The notes under the pieces are model-generated. The model worked only from the letters and a program-made list of their open reading frames with translations. It did no database searches and was not told where the DNA came from. From assembly GCA_030141605.1 (NCBI GenBank), contig JAQGDQ010000027.1:186001-250000 (forward strand): a DNA stretch of 64,000 bases, read 5' to 3'. Position numbers and translations under genes: made by a program. Shown piece after piece: positions 39,162-51,750 of this stretch (position 1 is the stretch's first letter; the number at the start of each line of letters is the position of its first letter). This DNA comes from Tubiluchus corallicola. Taxonomy: Eukaryota > Animalia > Priapulida.

Positions 39162-39879
39162 TGTGTACGATACGTGAAATCATCAGTGGAGCAAGAAACT
39201 GAATTCCTGGTTTGGGTTGTTTCAGTAAATATTTTGAAAAGAAGCGTCTTGTGTTCATCGTGATTTCGTTTTTGAATTTTTTTGAGGATATCTTATAACT
39301 CTAAATCAGGAAGAGCGTAAATATTGCGCAAGGTATTACGCGAGGTCTATTATACATTAATTATAAGAAGACATATAAACTTTATCATCTATGTCAATAT
39401 AATAATGACTTGAATAAAGGTTATAATACTTAATAGTTCGATTCTGTTCCGAGTCATGATTGTATAACGTAATTAAAGTAATTGATAATAACTGTACTAC
39501 AGACCATCAACAGTATAACATTATTGTAACTGTAACAGTGTAAGTATAAGTACATCGTTTGTCGCAGTAGACTTGCTTGGGTCTGTGTATTTTAATCGCA
39601 ATAAAGAATTTTAGAGCTAAGAATAACAAGCGAACAGTCATTACATTCCCTGACATTATACATTAAGCTTAATAAGGCGTCCAGTTGTCCATTTCTAAAT
39701 CCGTTTTAAAGAGTTGTCAATTCTGCTTCAACCATAAAAATTAGAACTAGAAGATGCTTGGCCCTATAATAATTTTTGTCATCAAGTTATGTGATGCATG
39801 TTAGATTGTAAATAAAAAATTAATTCGTATACATGAGTTCTATTCCTATTCTTAGATGAATTTTTATATAAGCATATTC

Positions 39880-40330
39880 TTTCCAAGCTGTCACATGCAA
39901 ACATCGTCAGATAGTCTTTCTTTCTTGATGGAACATCGCCAGTTTTAAAGTTGAATTAAATGAACTTGAATTGACACCAAAAAGAGATAGAGCCTAAAAA
40001 TTTTTTATTATAAATGCAAAAAATTTTGACATATTGCAAGTCCAGTCTAAAGAATCTTCCATGCTTCTCATGGCAAATGCAAAAACAGAGTGAAAGGATG
40101 TAGTGGGTGTGCAAGTTCATAAAAGAATAGAATTCCAGGAAGAACTTCTAGCAAGGTCAAGAAAGGCTGAAAAGCTTCTTAGTTTTGTCGGAAAATAACA
40201 ACTGAAATGAATTCCATCACTTGTATGCACTAAATTTGTGGAAAAGTCGGAAATTAGGTCAATTCCATTTTTCATTGGTGTTTTTGTTTCAGTTGCCATT
40301 TCAGCATATTCTGTCCATTTTCAGGGATCA
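39880..40330 (+). pseudogene. Highly decayed CR1/L2-like LINE reverse-transcriptase fragment
   Basis: Broken frames give YKCKKF*HI and KDVVGVQVHKRIEFQEELLARSRKAEKLLSFV, resembling the CR1 RT thumb pattern KCKVMHI..KDLGV.VD..L.F..H......KA.K.LGFI. Confidence 0.4.
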
Positions 40331-41536
40331 CAGGAATTTAGAGGCCCTACCTTTACTATTCTTTTGATTGAGTGAAAAAGAATTCTCCTCGATTGTGTCA
40401 TGTCCCCAGTGCACTTCCGTCAATGACATCAACACAGAACAAATTCCTTAACGATGCTATTATTCTAAATCTTGCCAGTTCTGTAAACTCAGTGATATCA
40501 GCAAATGTGAGTTAGATGTCAGCAGACAACCTCTCCAGTTTGAGTCATGGCAGTGCCACTTAGTGAAAAATTATGAAAAAAATCATTCCTCGGTTAAATT
40601 AGTACTTTTTTGTTTAACATGAAAAATTTACATGAATAGCTCCCAGAAACTCACTGCATATGATTTTATCTCAAAAACTGTAGATATTTTTAAATTAAAA
40701 AATCATGTACTTAAAATCTGAGGTAGGCTGATAGCTTAATGACTGCATTTGTTTAATCTGAAAATGAGATTTCAAAATAGTGATATTTTGCTGATTGTTG
40801 ATGTTATCTTGCAAAGTTTGAAGTGGCAGAACAAAAACGAACTGAAAAATAAACTGTAATAGGCCAATTGAAAACTTTTCTGTTGTGCAAATTTTCCAGT
40901 GAGTTCTATTACATAGTAGATGCAGAATATGATTACAAACTCAACACATAGAATGTAGTGACAATTTCTGGATTTAAAAAAGGAAGCGAAATTCCAGGGT
41001 ATCACTAGCAAGAGTCTACAGGCAATTGTGTACTAATTGAGTCGCAAAGCAGATTTTTTATCAGATATTGCTGTTGTCCCTTATTGTTGTTCAAATTTGA
41101 AAACAGAAACAAGTGGCAAGTTTTATTTTAAGGTTATTTGTAGAATTTAAGAAATTCAAAGAAAAATAGACATTTTCATTTTTTTTGAAAAGCAAAAATC
41201 GCTAGTTTCGTGTAAAGTAATGCATGGTAACTCCATGAATTTTAAGTAGGCTACAATGAAACAACCTGATTCTCATCCCTACAATTTATCTACCTGTTTA
41301 TCTAAATACATATTTTTGCATAATATTATGAACTGCAAAGTACAGATAATAACAAAGAACATGGTCATTAATATTGAACATGTTTCAATAAAAAAAATTG
41401 AAAAGCAACATTTAACTTCATAAGCCTACAATAGCGTGTGGTGCACTTATTAGGTGAACATCGTTTTTTTAAACATTAAGACTTCTACTTGATGATACTT
41501 TTTATGTTTCAGGCTGTCCTGGTTTGACGGACTACA

Positions 41537-44500
41537 ATGGCTAGCAAGGATGCAGCATCCACGAGTGCAAAGGATGCTAGCACACAGGAAGGTAAAGAAA
41601 AGAAAAGCTTTCAGCCTTTCAAAAAAGTAAAGAAATTTTTCAAAAGGAAAAAACAGGAAGATGGGAGGCACGTAGCTAAAAAATCAAAGTCCACCAGCGA
41701 ACTTGATCAACCTCTTGCTAACGAGCCATTTCCACCGAGTAACAGTGCCCCATTGAACACTACCTTAAGTCAGTCGCACGACAGTGTGTTTTCGCCAGCC
41801 CAGGATGCTGACGCTCGTCCTAGTGGTTCCACGGATGGCTTGGCACAGTCTGTCTTACTAAAAGATGAACTGAGTAAAAGAGTGAAATCTAGACAGAGTT
41901 CCGGTGATAGTGAAGACGAGGGGTTGCCTCGCTCACCTTATAATGTGTCATCAACAAGTGATGTTCATCCTGTTGGGGTTCATGCAAAGTCTTCTTTTTC
42001 AAAGGCATCTAGCAGTGATAACAGTTTGCTCAGTATTGGCAGCTTGGAGGTCGATGAAATGGAAGTATCAGTGAGAGAAGAAGCAGCTATTGATTTTGAC
42101 ATGGACCCGACTCACTTATCTAACTTGAGTAATACAGCAGCCCGACATAAAATAGCTGTCCGGCCTAAACAGAGGAGACGACGTACATTTAAGCCAATTC
42201 CGGAAGACCCATTACCACCAACTCCGGAAGTTGTTGAGGACTCTGGCAATGAGGAAGAATCAGCTTTGGTGTCCAGCAGTCTAATGGGCAGTTCAATGGA
42301 GCAGTCTGTTGAAATAAGAGAACCCACTGGAAGCACCACTGCCACAGAAGCAAAGATCAGCAATAAGAAGCTAAAGAAGCAGAAAAAAGAAGAAAAGAAA
42401 ACTGGAATCAAGCGTAAACTGTCAAAAAAGGAACAAAAGCTTAACAAATCTGATAGTTCTGATAAGGATGAAGAAGCAGGATTCTTTTCGCGGATGATGC
42501 GTTCATTTCGCCGCATGTCTTCCCGTGAATCCAAATCTGTGCCAAATTCTCCTATTCACAATGTTGACACTGAGAATGTTGATAAAACAACAAAACATAA
42601 ATCTACCAGTCAGCTCGAATCTGTATCTTGGGCCATCCGTGGGTCAGAACCTGCAGAGAAGTCTGTGTCTAGTCGATTCTTGAAAAAAGACGAGGTAAGA
42701 ATTGAAAAACAAGTAACTAAAGTGCCTAAATCTTCACTGATAAAAACCAGAATGGAAGAAACTGCAAAGCAAACGCACAAAAACCTTGATGGGAAAAGTT
42801 CTGATGTACGACGAGCGCAAAGCGCAAAGTCGCCATCTCGTGAGAAAACTAGCATGCCAGTTGATGTGGAACCTGCTGAAAATTTGCTTATTAAAAGTGC
42901 CAAATCTCAGTCTTTGACTGGACTTGCTGTTGATGTACAGCAACAACAGCTTTCTCACTTTGAAAAACGGCCTGAAGAAAAATACGATAATTTGCAAACC
43001 GTTCCTAGAGTCATTCAGATTGCGGATTATTCTGCAAAACCTTCAGCTCAGACTAAACTGGTAGATGATCCAAGTGGGACTAATCACGCAGAAAAGATTA
43101 GCGATCACAAAGCAGCTATACATGAGGATGTTGTTTCTCAAGAAAGGGAATCAGAACTAGCAAAAGCTACTTCTAAAATGACTAAGATGGTAGATTCGAA
43201 AAGACTTGACACCCTTGAGAAAAAAGAAACTGTCCTTGAGGACGCGGAATGTAAAATGTATGGTGGCGTGCAATTACATAAGCCTGCTAATAAGCAACAA
43301 ACCGAAATAGAACCATCATCAACTAAAGAAGCTAGTGAATTATCATCAGTATTTGCTCGATTGTCCATGAAATCTGATGAAGTTGAAAATATTGTTGATA
43401 CTTACATATTACGTACTGCAGACAAAACGCATGTTATTTTTGATAGTTCAAAAGAATCGATTGATGACCAGATTAAAATTGGTGATGAAAATAAATGTGA
43501 TACTATTTGCTTAGATGAAGACAAACAGAGTTCTGAACAACTATCAATAGAGAAAACCCATTCAGAATCCGTGACTGAGGACAGCAAAGCTGAAGAAAAA
43601 TTGGATGTGTCGCCTGTATCGTTACATCAAACTGAATCTTTTCTAGATGAAATTTTAACAGAATTGTCTAATACTAAAAGTGCAGAACCATTACCAGAAA
43701 AAGAACAACTAGGTATGTCAGAGTCTTCATTACCTGAACAATTAGTGCTCGAGCAGAAAGAAAAAGAAAAACCCGAGACCACCAAGACAAAAGTATTAAT
43801 ACCGGATGCTGGTCAGGTATCTGCAGCCCTGCCATCTGATGCCACCACACCAACAAAGCTGGCTGAAATGCAGCTGCTGTCTTCTAAACCTCCTCCTGCA
43901 AGGCAAGCAGAGAAACCTCGAATTATTTCTGCTAAACCTCAGCTTGTTCCTAAGCCAAATAGAGTGAGTAGTTCCGGTAAATCAGTTGCCTTAGCCGATG
44001 ATGACAAGATTGCTAGTAGTGCTGCGAAGCGGAGTTCTACTCAACCTATACCAAAGGCAGATGTTGAGGAGGCTCAAACATCGTTACCTTCATTTGCTCA
44101 GACAGACCAACAGCAGAAACGTAGTTACACTCAGCCTGTTAGTGATGCCGAAGTTGCTCAAGCTCAAGTTAGTGTAAAGTCGAATCTGCCCTTGCGGCAT
44201 GAAAAAGTAGATAAAAAGACTTCAATTCCAGTTACAAGGTCGTCAAATTTAAGATCACGACAAACTTCGCTTGATGAAAGTTTTTCCAGAATGGCTCAGC
44301 AGTCATCTTCAGTTAAGGATCAGCAACTACCATCGGCTAAAGATTCGGTTGCCAAGGAGGGTTCATTTGATGAAAAAATGTCTCCTGTAGAGCCAGAGAA
44401 AGAAGTTGTGATTACACAGTTAATGAAGCCATCTGAAATTCCACGCCAGACAAAACTGCCATCTGTAAGTGGAAGCCAAATACCAGAATGTCAAAATAGT

Positions 44501-44827
44501 TTGCTTGTATCAAAGACGTCTGACGAACATTCAGAATCTACAGATGAACATCAGCCGAAGCCTGCTGCTAAGCCTTCAGAAATACCCAGGGCAATTAAAC
44601 AACCTATAAAAACTGATGAATCCAATGTGATTCCGAAACCAAAAATTAGACCTCCTAATCAGCCTTCAAAATTACCTCGAAAACAACCAGTAACCAGTCC
44701 AACTTCCGAAAGTACTAGTGATACGCCGGCATGGGTTTTGTTAGCTCAAAAAAAGCACCAAAAATTCAAGGCAGTGCATGAGCAGAAGTTGGCGAAATCT
44801 TCATGTGACTCTGAAAATATTGTTTAG
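41537..44827 (+). CDS. CRACD: CRACD/KIAA1211-family protein (DUF4592, capping-protein-inhibiting regulator of actin), 1096 aa, single coding exon
   Basis: Family motifs occur in the expected order: KKSFQPFKKVKKFFKRKK, LSQSHDSVF, DEGLPRSP, LSNTAARHKIAVRPKQRR, and C-terminal PAWVLLAQKK. The middle is long, low-complexity and rich in S/E/K/P. Confidence 0.85.
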   Translation: MASKDAASTSAKDASTQEGKEKKSFQPFKKVKKFFKRKKQEDGRHVAKKSKSTSELDQPLANEPFPPSNSAPLNTTLSQSHDSVFSPAQDADARPSGSTDGLAQSVLLKDELSKRVKSRQSSGDSEDEGLPRSPYNVSSTSDVHPVGVHAKSSFSKASSSDNSLLSIGSLEVDEMEVSVREEAAIDFDMDPTHLSNLSNTAARHKIAVRPKQRRRRTFKPIPEDPLPPTPEVVEDSGNEEESALVSSSLMGSSMEQSVEIREPTGSTTATEAKISNKKLKKQKKEEKKTGIKRKLSKKEQKLNKSDSSDKDEEAGFFSRMMRSFRRMSSRESKSVPNSPIHNVDTENVDKTTKHKSTSQLESVSWAIRGSEPAEKSVSSRFLKKDEVRIEKQVTKVPKSSLIKTRMEETAKQTHKNLDGKSSDVRRAQSAKSPSREKTSMPVDVEPAENLLIKSAKSQSLTGLAVDVQQQQLSHFEKRPEEKYDNLQTVPRVIQIADYSAKPSAQTKLVDDPSGTNHAEKISDHKAAIHEDVVSQERESELAKATSKMTKMVDSKRLDTLEKKETVLEDAECKMYGGVQLHKPANKQQTEIEPSSTKEASELSSVFARLSMKSDEVENIVDTYILRTADKTHVIFDSSKESIDDQIKIGDENKCDTICLDEDKQSSEQLSIEKTHSESVTEDSKAEEKLDVSPVSLHQTESFLDEILTELSNTKSAEPLPEKEQLGMSESSLPEQLVLEQKEKEKPETTKTKVLIPDAGQVSAALPSDATTPTKLAEMQLLSSKPPPARQAEKPRIISAKPQLVPKPNRVSSSGKSVALADDDKIASSAAKRSSTQPIPKADVEEAQTSLPSFAQTDQQQKRSYTQPVSDAEVAQAQVSVKSNLPLRHEKVDKKTSIPVTRSSNLRSRQTSLDESFSRMAQQSSSVKDQQLPSAKDSVAKEGSFDEKMSPVEPEKEVVITQLMKPSEIPRQTKLPSVSGSQIPECQNSLLVSKTSDEHSESTDEHQPKPAAKPSEIPRAIKQPIKTDESNVIPKPKIRPPNQPSKLPRKQPVTSPTSESTSDTPAWVLLAQKKHQKFKAVHEQKLAKSSCDSENIV

Positions 44828-47800
44828 AACACAGTGGCACAATGTAGACATTTCCTATTGAAAGAGATGTCACTATCTTACACCCCAGCCACACTTTGTG
44901 TTTTTTTGGTAGTTTAGGGAAGTAAAAAAGGTAACTTTTTTCAGATGCCTACACTTGCACTTCAACATTTACAAAGCTATTAAATATGCCAGTTTGATAA
45001 AATGCTTCACCATGTTTATCATAGTTATTATTTGTTGAAGTCAATTTAAATAAGAATAATAATAAAAATTGGAAAAAAAATTGTCATCAAAATTTGACAA
45101 TTTCCACACTTGACGCAATATCTGATACTGTAAAATGTAATCACAAGTATTAGCAAGGAGTGTATTATATTTGGTCATATATTAAAGATGCATATGTGCA
45201 ATGATCGATCGACATTTTATTATAGGTTGTTTTATTTACCGTTCGTGCCACTTTCATTTGTTGAAAGGGTAGTCTTAATTAATTCGTTAGAAAAACATTA
45301 AATAGAATGCGAGTTGTTTCCATTTGCAAGCATATTTGATTATTTTGATTGGAACAAAATTTAGACACTTTATGTTAAATAATATCTAGTTTGCTTCTCA
45401 AGAATTACAGATTGCATGTAATTAATTTTATCAGAACTTCAGTTTTGTATAACTTGCACATCTATTGCAAATTATGCGTCGCTTTAAAAACTATTGTGAA
45501 CTTTAATTTTAACCATGACTCTCAACATTCAGTATTTATTTCAGATTGCAATTGTACATAATAAATAATTATCATAACACTAGGTAGACACCACAAGTGA
45601 GCAGCTAACATTGTTGCCGTAATACTGAAGCCTGTTTTACCATTTTGGCATTCTCATCTATTTATGAAGCCAAGTAAGTTGAATTTTAAAGTTTTATTTT
45701 TGTAAAGCCAGTTACTGTAAGTGATATAGTTTCAGTAAAAATCAAAAATTTGTTAATTATTTTAGTAAAGATGATTTTTTTATCAAGGTTGTTTCGTTTT
45801 ATGGGATTCTTCCTGTCTTTTTATACGAAAAATCTATCATTTCATTGATGTTGGGTGATTTACGCTCTCTTTTTTGATTAACTTCAAGCTACCTATTTCA
45901 TGTTGATGCTGAGTATTTTCTTCAGCTATTGCTAACCTGCCTTAACATTTTGTCTCTTCGTGTAAGGTTTGCGTCTGAATGTGAAGCATTGATGTGGTAC
46001 TAAATTATGGATTAAAAGCCACAAGTGTAGGCTTTTAGCTTCATTTTGCTTATGGCTAATTGGTCTGTACTAATGATGTTTTGATGTTGTATTTAATATT
46101 AGTGCTAATTACTGTCAGTTTACATGCTTTTGCTAAGCTAAATTTTGAAATTGATGCCAGAAGATGTGTCAAACTATCAGCTACTGTAGGCGGTATTATA
46201 ATTTTAGAAACAGATGCTTTTAATTTTTTAAAAATTTTATTTTAATTGCAACTAAAACATTGAATTTCGAAAATGTCCATATAAGGGTTGTTTTAAATTT
46301 TGTATGCACTGTTGTTTTATAAGCATGCTACTTTCATCGTGCTTTCAGTTCGTTTTCTTACTATCAACTAGTAACCTTGATTGATTGCATGTGTCTGGTT
46401 GTGTCATTGCTCATCATCTCTTAAAAGTTCACATATTTAGAAATGGTGCTTGCTGTGATATGCGTCTTGTTATTAGGTGTAGCTTATAAGCTGAATGTAA
46501 CGTGATGCTTGTAGTTCATTATAGCACAGCAAGTAAATCATTTTTTATGAACTGAGGAACTTATCCAGAGAAACTAATATTTCTTTAAAATGTGTGAAGA
46601 AAATTTTACAAAATAGCAATCATTAACTATCCCATTAAAATACATTAATGACACTGTATGCATAAATAGTCTTGCTCAGGATGTACCAACAGTAGTGTTT
46701 TGGGTTTAATTTACATTTCTGATTGGAATTACCTCTGCTATTCCTTGTTATTCAGGTATCATAAATTATTAAGCAAATATTATGCAGTGGTATTTTGTAA
46801 AATATACGAAAAATGGTAGCTAACTTCAGTGTTACTTTAGTAACTTAACAAACCCTTAACAGAATTAGATGTAGCAGTCCATTGTTTTTCGTTAACTACT
46901 TGTTGCTTACACCTCATTCTCTTCGGTTCTAATAGTTATACTTTGTTTTGCGTGTCTGACAATGTTTTGTTACTGTATTATTGTTGTTGGTTGTGTTAAT
47001 TAAGTGTATCATAACGCACAATTATTTATATTATAATTGTATGTAAATCATGCAGAACATCCTGCATAGCTGCAATTGTATTTTTTCTGATTATACATGT
47101 AGTTATCTCACAGAATGTTAACTTATTTAGCTGTACTTCTTGTGTTTATATCAATCTTTGTTTCATTTTTGTCGACACCAATAAAGATTCCCTTTATAGG
47201 CTATATATCTGAATTTATATGCTATTATAATGTTGTCAGCATTAATGAAGAATTCAAACTTCTCGATTCATTATAATTTTTTTGCCTTATTACTTGTACT
47301 AATTTAAACAGTAAATGTTTAACTGTATTATAAGCTTTATATGCAAAGTCTGTTTATACTATCCTTTAATGCTTTAATTCTAACACTAAGTAGGCCTAAT
47401 TGTAAAAACACAAATTTTATGAACTAGGTTGTGTATTTATTTTACAGAACTAGATTGCATTAATTAACCATGTCACTTATTAATATTTTATTTAGATACT
47501 AATAATCCATTATTTTCATACTTTTTTCTGTATAAATTTGTATTGCTTGTACTTGTGCATTAAATATTATAATTATGTTGTTACATTGAAACCATTAAAT
47601 GATTATTATTGAATAAAAGTAATAAGTTATAAAAACTAGTGAATATTACACTATTAATTTTCATAAAAGATTTTTCTTATTTCATTGTATCGTGCACTGT
47701 GTTGGATTCCCACTATGGTAAAAAGTTATGCTGTTATGTTAAGCCTCTTTTGGTCAACATGGGTCTAACTACAATCTGTAAATGATTACAGAAAAAAATG

Positions 47801-48440
47801 TAGTCACAGTTATTTCAATTCAGTTTTATTTGCACAAATTCATACTGTACATTGGCAAAGCAGTTGAATACACGTTAAATACTACAAAAGTCAAAAAAGT
47901 TATAATAGAATTGTGTGTAAAGTTATTTTCATAAACAAATATTAAGATATGGTATACTGAACCAAAAATCACAGTTACATAAAAATTGTATAATTTAGCA
48001 ATGAAAAAAGAAAAATGACTTTAAAGTAGCCGGTATCTGTACCAGCTTTTTAAATGAAAGATTGTAAATAACAACATAATGATAGTTGAAAATAATTTGG
48101 TTAGAGTCTGCTGCCAAAGTGGTGATTTTTTCTTCCCTAGGGATCGAATTATTTTCTCAAATGTTTCTTGCACTGATGTCATAACCAGGAAGCCTACAAA
48201 AAACAAAGAAACAGTATTAAAAACAAAGCCTACAGAGAAACAATATTAAAAACAATAAAAACTATACGTTATGCACTACAAAATTATACCTAGATATTAA
48301 AAAGTCTCAACTCTTGAGTAGTTGAGTTGACCTTGAAAAGGTTCAACAAGGTGTAGCCAGTGTTAGCTTTTTGTTTTTCTTATTTGGAAGTTTTTAAATA
48401 GATATTCTCTAATATCTTGTTGAACACTACTGTTAAACAG

Positions 48441-49005
48441 TTACATGAGAGAGGTGGTATTTCTAGAGAAAAGGGTCAGAGAGTGAAGTTTCATTTTCAT
48501 AATTAAGTTTGTTCTATTTTGAACAAAAAGTGAGCAGTCATAAATATAGTGAATTTCATCTTCTAATTTCATGTTTTTCAGGGGAGGAGTTTGCGCAATA
48601 ATTGCATATTCGTTCTTGTTCTGGTGTTTTGGTATAACGAGCACGTTCGACTTCCAAATCATGATCTCTCACTCGGAGTTTAGTAATGACTTGCTATGAT
48701 TTTTGTCCTTAATAATGTTTAGGTAAAGCTCCATTTAACCCTCTGTGAAATCTGTGAAAACTCAGCTTGCAGGACGGGTTATGCTGTTAAATATGGTCTT
48801 TCTAGGTTTGTGGGCGCCAGTCAAGCCAAATTTGTATAATCTTTTTGCTGCTTCGGTGAGGAGTGGATATAAACTCAGTTCAGTTAAAGATTATAAAAGG
48901 AATCCTATTTTTGACAGAAATCAATGTTCTGCATGCTAGTGAACCAGACTTGTAGGTGCCCAGATGTTGGAAACACATTTCTTGGCAAACTTATAGGCCA
49001 GCAAG
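48441..49005 (-). pseudogene. Decayed non-LTR retrotransposon ORF2 3' end with CCHC zinc knuckle (RTE-X/related clade)
   Basis: Across frameshifts the minus strand reads MELYLNIIKDKNH..ITKLRVRDHDLEVERARYTKTPEQERICNYC...LEDEIHYIYDCSLFVQNR, the typical KLR...H.L.IE.GRY...ER.C..C...EDE.H....C C-terminus. Confidence 0.8.
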
Positions 49006-50404
49006 ATGCATTCAAATAGAAATAAAAGTTTGTCAAAATTTTAGTGCTGATTAATTCTTGACTCGCTAATTACACAAATGCTTTTCGTTGCAATAATTAC
49101 TGTTATCCAGTCCTGTGTTATAAATTTATTACAGTAATGCACTTAATGAAGTACGTAATTAATTATTATCAATGATAATTATAATTATTAAAAGCGGTCA
49201 CAATGTTTTAAATCATAAATCAGGCTGTACACCGACATCATGTACTATAATTATTTTTATAATTAATACAGAAGTACTGTAAAGAAACTAAAAGAGGCTT
49301 TGTCACTACTTACTCTGGCTTCAAAAATACTAAATTGGTTAGTCTGTAAGGATTGACGTGGCATGGAATTTATGGTCACTGGGGCATCCGGTGCAGTTTA
49401 GTAATCTTGGCATCGCCATATAAGTGAGAGGTTGCTGGTTTAAATTCAACCTCTTTAACTGGTTTTCCACATTTCCTTTTCTGGACATTTTTGGTTTTAG
49501 AATTTAGTAACTATTGTAGGTTACTCCAATTTCAATTTAATTCAATTTTAATTTATTTATCTCTTTATAATACTACAATAAAACATGATTAGTAATTACA
49601 TTATCTCATCATTAATTCTTCATTATATCGTTACATCATTATTACATCATTAATTCATCTTCCATTATTACAGCGATGTGTAACATTATTATCGCTACAT
49701 AATATATACATATATATATACAATCTTTATTTGCCATTAAAATACATTGACAATCACTGATCAAAACTATACAGAGATGATCAATCAGTGTTAGTTAATA
49801 AAAACTTACACTACTAAAGGCAAATGTGTCAGTGCAATCTAAACTACTGTGCAGTAATGGAAAGTAACGACGAATGAAATTAAACATATTTACAACTATG
49901 CACAAAAAATGAAAAAAACTATGATTTAATTAATATGGCCGTGGATATATGAATTCTGAATTAGTGTGTATGTTGTCATACTGGTATTTCATATCTGGTT
50001 AATATTAGTGATTTTAATTTTGTTTTAAATGCTGATAGGGACTTGATTTGTTTAACCTGTAATGGTTGAGAATTCCAAAGCAATAAAAGTGCAACATTAT
50101 AATTTTATAAAAATAATGATTTTTGTTAATACCCCAATGCACTACCTTGTGAGCTTTTGTCCCGAAGGGCCTAAGCTACTAAATAATCACCAGGTTCCTA
50201 CAAATTTTTTCTTACTTAAGAAATGTCATTATGTGCATACCAAACGTATATTTATGCTGCCAATCTTGACAGTAAAAAATATCATTTTACAACTGCCTAA
50301 CGTTTCTAAGCTAAATGTTTTATTACCTTGTTATTGAAAAATTAGTGTTATGGTTCGTATGGTCGAGTGCTCACTGCTCAAATTTGTTGAAGTAGAGTTC
50401 AGAA

Positions 50405-50510
50405 AACTCTTTTCTTTTTATAGAGGTTTTTCAGACTCGGCTTTGGTCGTGGAGAATACTTGTTTTTTTACTGCGTTAATTCATCTTGTGAAATTTTTCG
50501 TGCTGCGTGA
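50405..50510 (+). promoter_or_regulatory. Candidate ABCE1 5' non-coding first exon / promoter
   Basis: CpG-rich patch with a pyrimidine tract ctcttttcttttt (50407-19) and GTGAGT donors at 50507 and 50511. The ABCE1 ATG directly follows an acceptor AG (54255-56), so an upstream exon is required. Confidence 0.4.
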
Positions 50511-51346
50511 GTGAGTACATGTCGGATTTACCGGTGACGGTGTGTGTGTCTGACTGTCAATATCTTAAAAAGTCGGCAATTGCACCATATTCATTGTAAA
50601 TTTCTCCTGGTAAACTTTTTAAACAAATACTAACAATTTTTTTGTATGTACGCGACGAAGGAAGTCACTATAACTTATAAGCGTATTGGTACTAGTTTGT
50701 CACAGGTTGTGACTGCCATGTACCGCTACCAGTTGGGATTTCGGTGAAAACTTGTACTAGCTAGCTAACGTATTTTGAGTTTGTACTGTACGTACATGTG
50801 TTTTTACAGCCCCGCCATTATATTCTAGGTAGCTCTTGTAATAAACATAATTGCAAAACAAGCGTTCAGTATAGTTGTTGCACCACATGGTCTGTAATTA
50901 ATTTACCAATTTTTTCCATTATTGTTGCTTACTCGTGACCTTTTCGCTGGTGTACAACGGGCCTGCACTAACGTTCCCGCGAGGTCACAGTTACATGATC
51001 CGGGTGACTTCACAGTTAGAAGATTGTTTTAATGCATTTGAGCGTTTGAATGTATTGTGGTGTTTTACACTTACTCACCTCCCCTCGCCTTAATTGTTCT
51101 GAAGAAGAACAGCTATTTTACCTTTGACAACAGTAAATTAGCTAATAAACGCCCTAAAGATGGAATCAGCGGCGATTCCAATAATTACATGCAGTTGCAA
51201 GAACAGTGTCAAGGCGCCGCCATCTTTGTTTGCATGCGGAGCGAGACAACAAACCAGCATGCCCCAAAATTAAATTAAATATGTTAAATAATTACATTAT
51301 ATCTTTAGTAACACTAAAATGAAACCTGTAAAGTGTTGAAATAATT

Positions 51347-51705
51347 CTAACATACGGGACGCCGTGGCCCTCTCGCAAATTCTAAATACGCCTATGACAC
51401 CCACCGCTGAACGGGCTATCTATCCATAGCCAGCACCATTCATGGCCCGTTCCCGTTCTCCAGATGTCAGACGTATAACTTTTGCAAAAAACGGCCGAAA
51501 AATGGCCATTTTTGGAGGTTTTTTGCCCCCTGTTCCTCGCGGTGGGCCCGATTCGAAAAATAAACCCCCAATGGCACAACACTAGATCGAGACCGTTCGT
51601 TTGATGTATAGATCGCCGCAAATGGTGCCGCCGTCGAAGCTGTAGCCTCGAATCTTATATATATATATATAAATATATAACATACCAAGAGAATTAATAT
51701 ATAGA
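51347..51705 (-). mobile_element. Non-autonomous Helitron-like element, copy A
   Basis: The minus strand starts A|TCTATATATTAATTCTC (TC 5' end), has an internal (TA)n and a GC-rich 3' segment ending gtatgttag. Alignable along its length with 53423-53764 in inverted orientation. The 3' CTRR end is imperfect. Confidence 0.6.
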
Positions 51706-51750
51706 TAATCACTTATCAACAAAATATACATTGGGCAATAGCTGGCAATT

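Noticed and set aside
42112-43856. Minus-strand ORFs within the CRACD-like exon
   Set aside because: Antisense shadows of a long coding exon with no recognisable motifs.
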